From Lepidodermella squamata (lineage: Eukaryota > Animalia > Gastrotricha): DNA of 64,000 nt. A model generated the notes under the pieces. It was not told the origin of the DNA. It worked only from the letters and a program-made list of their open reading frames with translations, and ran no database searches. A program made the translations under genes and the position numbers. Location: contig JBLDXI010000066.1 in assembly GCA_047495785.1 (NCBI GenBank), forward strand, positions 372,001 through 436,000, in the 5' to 3' direction. Of this stretch, positions 56,545 to 64,000 are shown piece by piece (the stretch's first letter is position 1; every line of letters begins with the position of its first letter).

Positions 56545-57924
56545 CAGTGCGTTCACTAACTAATATGCCGGTTATTTTTAGAAACAATGAATCACACGCA
56601 CTTCGTCATAGCGATGTTAGCAATTAATGCTTATGAATGGCTAGTTTTATAGCGTCAATTAAACCGATTTGTATACACTGAATGAAATACCATTTCATAG
56701 CCTTATTATTATCACTTGCTACCACTACTATCACTCCCAATTTAACAGCCACTTTAGTTCAATAAAATTTTAGGAGTTTTCTTGTAGCACAGTAACACCA
56801 GGAAAGTTTTACACGTCATTTCGGTAAAATCACTTCCATTTTTAATCAGTTGGCCATGTCTTGCCCCTGATTCTTTGGTGCTCAATATCTGGTTAAGATA
56901 TTACTAGTTACTAGGCAGTCTTTTGACGTAAGAAAGCGGACGTCATCTCTTTACAACATTTAGTTTTGGATCACCTGAGGCGAGGATCTTAGCGCCTACA
57001 GGCATCCGGCTATGGCCATCTTTACTCTAATAATAGCTAATGGCACATTTTGCAAATGGTTCATTCGATTTGATATTTGCGGGCGAGACTGAAAAGTCTC
57101 ATTAATAGAGTGAAACTGCGCAATAAAACGCAAAAGCTAACCAACAGTTGTCCTCTCATTTGCATATATTCACAGTATTCACAGAATTAAAATAATCGCG
57201 TGTTTCAAAAGTGTTGATGATCTCACTTTTTCCCTGAGTTTTTTCGTGCTTTTTATTAATATTTCCATATTAGTCGCGTGCGGATAAAGGTCACGTTTAA
57301 ATTCGAAAGGTAAAATACTATATAGTCTTGCAACCAGAGCATTCAGCCCAGTTGATCCCAAGGCAGTTTTTCATGTAAAGAAACGAGATTTCCCTTTTTT
57401 CTCCTCCAAGAAGGAGGCGCGAAAGCTTAAAATCTTCAATAATAACGACGTTTCCGAAGGTACTCTTTCCGGGCCGAGAAGGCGTGAGGGCATTCAAAGG
57501 ATAGACATCGCGTTTCTCTCAGCTTTAAGAGAAAAACTTGCATTACTTGGGCCACTTATTCATCTATATATAAAATCATTTCGAAAAATAATCCTCAGTC
57601 ATTTGGAATTTTCAAGTATCACATTAATTTTCAGAACTTTCGATTAATAAAATAAAAAAACTGCCATTTTCGTAGAAAGATATTTTCAAGGTAAAAAGAG
57701 TCGCCAAAGCATCACCTGCGAAGAAATAGATAAAGAGGCGATAAAATTCAATTGACGTAAATACTAACGTACGCAATAAGCAATAAAATCAGAAAATACG
57801 TGCGCAATTATCGGTAATAAACGCGAGGCCACTATCTACACGTAAATCGGTCGCAATTGGCAGTAAAACTGTGCTATATATAGGATTCTAAAAATAGCCG
57901 GCATATTAGTTAGTGAACGCACTG
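56545..57924. mobile_element. Non-autonomous Tc1/mariner-type element
   Basis: TA TSD; ~37-bp TIR CAGTGCGTTCACTAACTAATATGCCGG...; no transposase ORF. Confidence 0.85.
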
Positions 57925-59617
57925 TACGTATCACTGACCATTACGCGGGACTCTGAAAGCGCCCAATGATCCAAGCGTCCAAACGCAATTCATTGGCCAT
58001 GAACTATGAAATAAACTCAATAAGCATGTTGACCCTTTCACGGCGGAATTAGTTATCTGTGGGAGAAACCATATTTGACACCAGTTCTAAGGGTTTTAGA
58101 GGGCCCTGATCACGATTTTGAAACCCGTTTATCTCTATCTATCACCGTTAAGGCTGTACACTGGCCGAAATCGCCCTATCGGCCCAGCTGATTTCAGCCG
58201 ATTTTTCAAACACCCTAGTTTCTGTCTTAGATGCTTAGAACATTGGATTTTCAGACTCAAATTGCTCTCGTGGAAGTCCTTAACGATTCCCTTTACTGAA
58301 GTTATCAAAAGGAACCCGTTAAAGCCAGTTTCAAAAATCAGTGTTGAAATCAGTATTCAGCTTTCTCATCTTTTTCATGCGCAGCTGTTTTAGAGCACAA
58401 ATATCTGTATAAGTCCTGGCGGATAGGACGATTTCGGCAGATTTGTTTAAATTTCAATAGCGTCGTCATTCTTAATTTTCAACTCGAAATAATTGACACA
58501 GAGGTCAATGAGACTAAGCGGACACCGTGGTATTTTTTGCTCGTTCAAAAACCGAACTTTTACGGTGCAAAGGTTACCATGTGCCAAGCGACGTTTTTAT
58601 GCGTATAATTTAAGCGATGTGCGCCTAGCTAAATGCATGTAAAATCGACCCATTTTTAAATCAATTTTTAAAAAACTTCATTTTTCTGATTTTTTGATAA
58701 CGTTTATCCTAGTACAACTTTTAGCGCTCTTTCGAACGAGACAAGGCTCGTCAACCTGGGACATTCACAAGGTCATCTAGATATTCGCAAAGTTGGTCAC
58801 AAAATCCCGAAGATCGAAATTTGTCGATTATGTCGGGGCGGAAAGAATTGTCAAAATTAGATCGGAAAATTTCAGAAACAATATTTTCTTTACCAGGATG
58901 GGCTAAGCTGTCGAAATATATAACTTTTGTCCTCATCCGATTTTTGGGAACTTTCTAGGTTTTGCATGGGCATGTTGAAATTAATGCTTTGAAATGATTT
59001 CGCTTTCCTGTGTGACTGTAGATCTCAGCAATCATAGGAAATTATCTCCTGGCTTGGCTGTGACACCAAACGGGAGAGAATGAGCCAATAAAAAGGAAGT
59101 ATATACGAAATATCAATTCCTAGAATATTCCATTCCTTTCCGGCTTTCCGCATTCCGCATTGGAGCTGTTGTGGTTAAAAACCCCGTTTAACTTTAACCC
59201 GGTTAACGTTAACTTCATTGACAGTTTCCATACAATGAATCTTGCCTGCAAAAAATGTTGCTCAGGGCACATTGCTCATTTTGAACGATGAATAATTTAA
59301 AAACCAGATTTTCGTATTACTGTAGAGCGCGATGAGTACATTAGGAATCCGTTGAAAAGACCTTGGTTTTTACAGCTCGTACACCCTTCACATCCCGTGC
59401 CTGGCACCGATCGATCCGCCTTAATTGCCAGAATTGCGGAACTGGAGTCACGGCTTGAAATGTCAAATTTTAATGCCCTATTCCCCTAATCAACACTATT
59501 CCATCACTCTTTTGCTTAGGTTTGATGTGATAATGATATTAAAATTATCGTTTTGATGTGTACATAATCAAATGAACATCATAATATTGCCAAAGTGCAT
59601 ACAGCTAGATCTAATTA

Positions 59618-59763
59618 AGAGAGAATTAAGCCAAGGGAATTGGAGGAATCGGCTCGAGGAAAGAAGAGGAAACCAAGGGAATTATTCAAATATAATTATG
59701 GAGCGAAAATCCTCGGTCTGGTTCAGCAAAATAGCCTAACAATTTGTTCTAATGAGGGGTAAC
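59618..59763 (+). pseudogene. Fragment or exon of a third member of the EE(S/A)AR...KPR precursor family
   Basis: RIKPRELEESARGKKRKPREL; upstream sequence is inverted-homologous to 60323-60364. Confidence 0.55.
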
Positions 59764-60355
59764 TGGAAACCCGCCAACATTCACCACACCTTCTTCTCCC
59801 GCCGCTCAACAAACAGCTATCTTGTGATGTTTTATAATTGCAGTCGACTAAAGCCGACAGGGTTGTTGAAGTTTTGGGAGTTCCGTCTTTTTACTGAAGA
59901 CCCGTCGCTCAGTCTTTTGAAGTCTTTTCGAAACGATCGAGCGCCCATGCTAAGGTTAGTTAAGTGAACTACGATAATTTACTCTCGCGAGATCATTCGA
60001 GACTCAGTTTTGACACAATTCTACCCAATCTTCGAATAAGTAACCTATCCTACTAAATGTAACATGCTGAATAGTAAAAACAACAGTAGAGTGTTCTGGA
60101 ATTACCTTTCACCGATTAGGAGTGGTTTGACTCGACTACATCCATACATAGCATAGCCTGAAGTCTGAAGTGAAAGTATTTTTCGTTTTGGCATCTTTTC
60201 ATGCTTCTATAAAATGTATTCGACCATTCAAAAATCCGAGGTAGTTCCGGCCGCTTGCACCGCTCTTTCACCGGTTAATTTGCATGGCCAAATGACGAGA
60301 TCAAGCTATCTTTTCCAACAGAAGAATTCTCTCTTAATTAGTTCTGCGGCTGTAT

Positions 60356-61192
60356 TCACTTTGGCTTCCTCTCCTTTCCTCGAGCTGCTTCCTCTGCTTC
60401 CCTTGGCTTTCTCTCCTTTCCTCGAGCTGCTTCCTCTGCTTCCCTTGGCTTTCTCTCCTTTCCTCGAGCTGCTTCCTCTAATTCTCTGGGTTTCCTCTCC
60501 TTTCCTCGAGCTGCTTCCTCTGCTTCCCTAGGCTTTCTCTCCTTTCCTCGAGCTGCTTCCTCTGCTTCCCTAGGCTTCCTCTCCTTTCCTCGAGCTGCTT
60601 CCTCTGCTTCCCTTGGCTTTCTCTCCTTTCCTCGAGCTGCTTCCTCTGCTTCCCTAGGCTTCCTCTCCTTTCCTCGAGCTGCTTCCTCTGCTTCCCTTGG
60701 CTTTCTCTCCTTTCCTCGAGCTGCTTCCTCTGCTTCCCTTGGCTTTCTCTCCTTTCCTCGAGCTGCTTCCTCTGCTTCCCTTGGCTTTCTCTCCTTTCCT
60801 CGAGCTGCTTCCTCTGCTTCCCTTGGCTTTCTCTCCTTTCCTCGAGCTGCTTCCTCTGCTTCCCTTGGCTTTCTCTCCTTTCCTCGAGCTGCTTCCTCTA
60901 ATTCTCTGGGTTTCCTCTCCTTTCCTCGAGCTGCTTCCTCTGCTTCCCTAGGCTTTCTCTCCTTTCCTCGAGCTGCTTCCTCTGCTTCCCTAGGCTTTCT
61001 CTCCTTTCCTCGAGCTGCTTCCTCTGCTTCCCTTGGCTTTCTCTCCTTTCCTCGAGCCGATTCCTCTGCCACTCTTGCCATGTCGCAAATTACGGCAGCG
61101 ATCTATATTGAAGAATAATTCATTGATGTATATGTCAAGTATTAGGAATATTCGAAACCTACCAAGCACGCCAACAGTAGATAACGGATCAT
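60356..61192 (-). CDS. Secreted repeat precursor (17 x EAEEAAR-GKERKPR), paralog of 53799-54355
   Basis: Exon 1 (61192-61163) MIRYLLLACL; exon 2 from 61102; 42-bp tandem units. Confidence 0.75.
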
Positions 61193-63174
61193 TTTTACTG
61201 AAATTGATGATGAATTTTGAAACGAAAAAGAACGAAATGCGACGATGATGCTGCATACTTTTATTTTCTTGCTACCGGATGCTCATGTGACTCGTCTCAA
61301 ATAGTTCACCTGCTCGTATAGAATGTTCGTCATTCTTGCGCGAACCAAAAAATAATCTACATATTGTTCTGCCAGCTTGCATGAAAATTGTCAATAGCAC
61401 ATTCATTAAGTGCAATAATATGAACTGAAAAAATGACAAAACCGACGTCGTTTTTTATTATTTTGACGGCTGTGTTTCGACCAAGGTTCATCCTTGTGAA
61501 TTGAAAGATTATGAACAATTTCTGCGAAAGATGAAGCTAGTTCGGCTTAGAAGTAGCTTGGAAACTGGAAGCTCAGGCCCTGTTCATTTCGCATGGTCGT
61601 TACTTTCATTAGACTTATATGTGCTAACCGGAGCATTACCTCAACAATCCAGCCGAACGGACTTGAAGCACACATTAGCATCGAACATCTCAATTTTGAT
61701 TCTTAGTGATAATTGGGATGAGAACCATTGACAAAAATCAACAGCTCTCTCGCCGCTCCTTAAATGATGATAATGATGAGAAATTCTGAATTCGAAATTG
61801 AAATCCGAAACACAGGTTCATATGGATCCTCGATCGAAGCAGCAATGTTCCTATTCTAATGTCCAACGGCATCCGCTAATCATTGAATAATAGATGGTGA
61901 CGCAAAATCAAACAAGAGAACCAAAATTCAGCTATCAGCTTGGAAAATTCATAAGCACTGATAGCAAGTTATGAAATCAATTCTACTTCTTAGCAGTACA
62001 GCTGACTCGCTTCTACAGGCCGCCAGTTTCTGGCACCAGAGCGATCCGGACAAGATTTCAGGTAAATTTTGTTCCCAACGTTTCGAGTCTGATATTTATG
62101 TCTCTAAGTTGACGTCAGAGACCTGAATGGTGTTTTCTGGATAAAAATTGTCGTTCGCCCGGAAAATACACTTTTGCTCGATACAATTTACGAACCTTTC
62201 GATAGCCATTCGATGCCAGCGCGAAAATCCGCCTTAATTTTTTCAATCCTGCCCGCGAAATATTGACATTTGGCATAGAATTCTCTCTTTCGAATGATGA
62301 TAGCGAGACTGTAGGGTGCGAATTAAAGGAATGCTAGGGTGTCGCGGCGCCCCAGCTAGCAGCTCTGGGACCCTAAACATAGGAAGGCTCAACAAACCAG
62401 AGGGGGGGGGCCCTTTGGTTTAATCGGCTGGGTGCTAGAAACCTGCTAGAAAACAACCCAGCTACCGGATCCTACTTCGCACACTGCGAGACTGCATGCG
62501 ATTTCAAGGAAACCATGTCTCCTGGAGCGATTTTCGCCATTGTTCTCGGTTCTATCCTAGCGTTGCTGGGCGTGGCGAAACTGTTCATTGGAATTTGCAG
62601 TCGTAACAAACAAAATTACAAACAGTATTTGTGAAAAGTTTGAAAAATGATTAATTTCAATATATTGAAGAATTTTTCTGCAAGTAAAGAAATATCCCGT
62701 TCTGTAGCTTTGCGCCTTTTGCTTTTATCATTCATTTAACAGACTCAGCAATACCAAAGCCTACAATTGCGTATTAATGGTTAATGGATTGTTCTTTACT
62801 TATGCGAAACATTTGATGCCCCATCGTAAAATTTGATGAAAAACACGTGAAAAAATACTACACACACTTATAAATTCAGCGCGCACGAGAAAATTCTACA
62901 TCCATATGTTTGCATAACACATGAAATAAGGCATGAATTCAGTTTCAAACCCATGAATTTGGGGAAAAAATTGAGCCCTAAATGGTAGGCTTTTCACTAA
63001 AGCTTATACAACGTGTGCTTAAGTTTCATTCTCTTTCATAAAAGCTTGTAATTCATGGGGTAGATTTTCATTCTTTTATTGCATGTTTTATAACTTTAAT
63101 TCCTCAAATCATCAAGCTAATGACGTTTTCTTCATGGTGACAGGCCTGAAAAACGTTCAGTTTTCAAATGGCTT

Positions 63175-63613
63175 GTGCTAATTGACATGCCTATTGTCAC
63201 CAATAAGCCGAAGAATTGTATCAGAGTTCTTCATGAGATTTTCAACCTGCGAGTTAAGCTATTGCCTGAATTTACAATATCGCGGAAACTCACCGAAGTT
63301 GGGACCAAGAAACTGAAGCTAGATCTCATCAACCGCCAGTTCGTCGTCTACAAGTTCACATGTGGCCAGTGTGACGCTGGAATGACAGCCGGAATGACGG
63401 AGAAGCACCTTCAAGAGCGCGCTGAAAAACATTGGCTGAAGTCAGGCTCGATCGGATAGCATTTGCGCTTACATGAATAGCCTGATGGCTTCAACCTGCA
63501 CGCATGTTTCAAGGTTTTACGCAGTAATGCAGTAACAGATGGGACTGTTTATTGCTTGTTGATAGAGGAAATCAAACTAACATACTCGCAATCAAACGCG
63601 CAATCAGATTATT
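63175..63613 (+). mobile_element. Degenerate Penelope-like retroelement GIY-YIG endonuclease fragment
   Basis: VVYKFTCGQCDAG..GMTEKHLQERAEKH followed by stops and frameshifts. Confidence 0.7.
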
Positions 63614-64000
63614 GAAGCTATATCAGTGCTATTCCTAATTTTGCTGTGGAATTACCATCAGGGCGGTTTTACCATGAGGTACGCACTCGAGAATTGTGCC
63701 CTGTGCCCTTGGCTCCGTAGCCGGCGACACGTCTTCCTGTCAGCTTGATTAACGGTCCCGGAAACGCCGCATTCAATGCGTGGAAGAATGATTGGTGTTG
63801 GCGGAACCCGTGCCTCTTCGCCGACAGTGAGGTGCTTGGACCGCTCGACCACTTGCTCCTCCTCATAGGACTCGCATTGTTATAGACTCGCTAACGGGTG
63901 CTGGCGTCACCAGCTTTTTCACCCGCTCATTCCGCATTGATGTATGACGTATGAAGTATGACAATTTGCGTCATTTTGGCGCTCTCGCTTGCGTCTTATT

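Noticed and set aside
62300-62633. Short TM-containing ORF MSPGAIFAIVLGSILALLGVAKLFIGIC
   Set aside because: Upstream frames contain stops and no gene model could be built; possibly a pseudogene or an isolated exon.

Overview
Eukaryotic (animal, probably spiralian invertebrate) genomic DNA with short (~50-60 bp) spliceosomal introns. The left ~20 kb holds host genes: tandem GT32 glycosyltransferases, an astacin-EGF-CUB protease, a tetraspanin, a Pro/Lys-rich protein, two temptin-like genes, a prolyl-3-hydroxylase-like oxygenase and a Shaw/Kv3-like K+ channel. The centre is a complete, apparently young 23.3-kb Polinton/Maverick (adintovirus-like) endogenous virus (20145-43485) with 572-bp terminal inverted repeats (TIRs) and a 6-bp GGTGTG target-site duplication (TSD). 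It encodes pPolB, a PLA2-integrase-chromodomain protein, a packaging ATPase, minor and major capsid proteins, an adenain protease and a fibre-like protein. Its most unusual features are: (i) a canonical -1 ribosomal frameshift signal (A_AAA_AAC, 6-nt spacer, 18-bp stem) that would fuse the pX-like core protein to the protease, as in retroviral gag-pro; (ii) a TCTA motif 11-26 nt upstream of nearly all virion-module genes (the CroV/mavirus late promoter motif), together with an encoded VLTF3-like late transcription factor; (iii) intron-containing cargo genes (a LicD-type phosphotransferase and a PB1+HTH protein), zinc-ribbon micro-ORFs and long intergenic hairpins. The right ~20 kb is rich in non-autonomous DNA transposons and carries secreted host-defence-like genes: a defensin-like peptide and a family of multi-copy peptide precursors sharing one signal exon. 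All calls come from manual reading; no searches were run.
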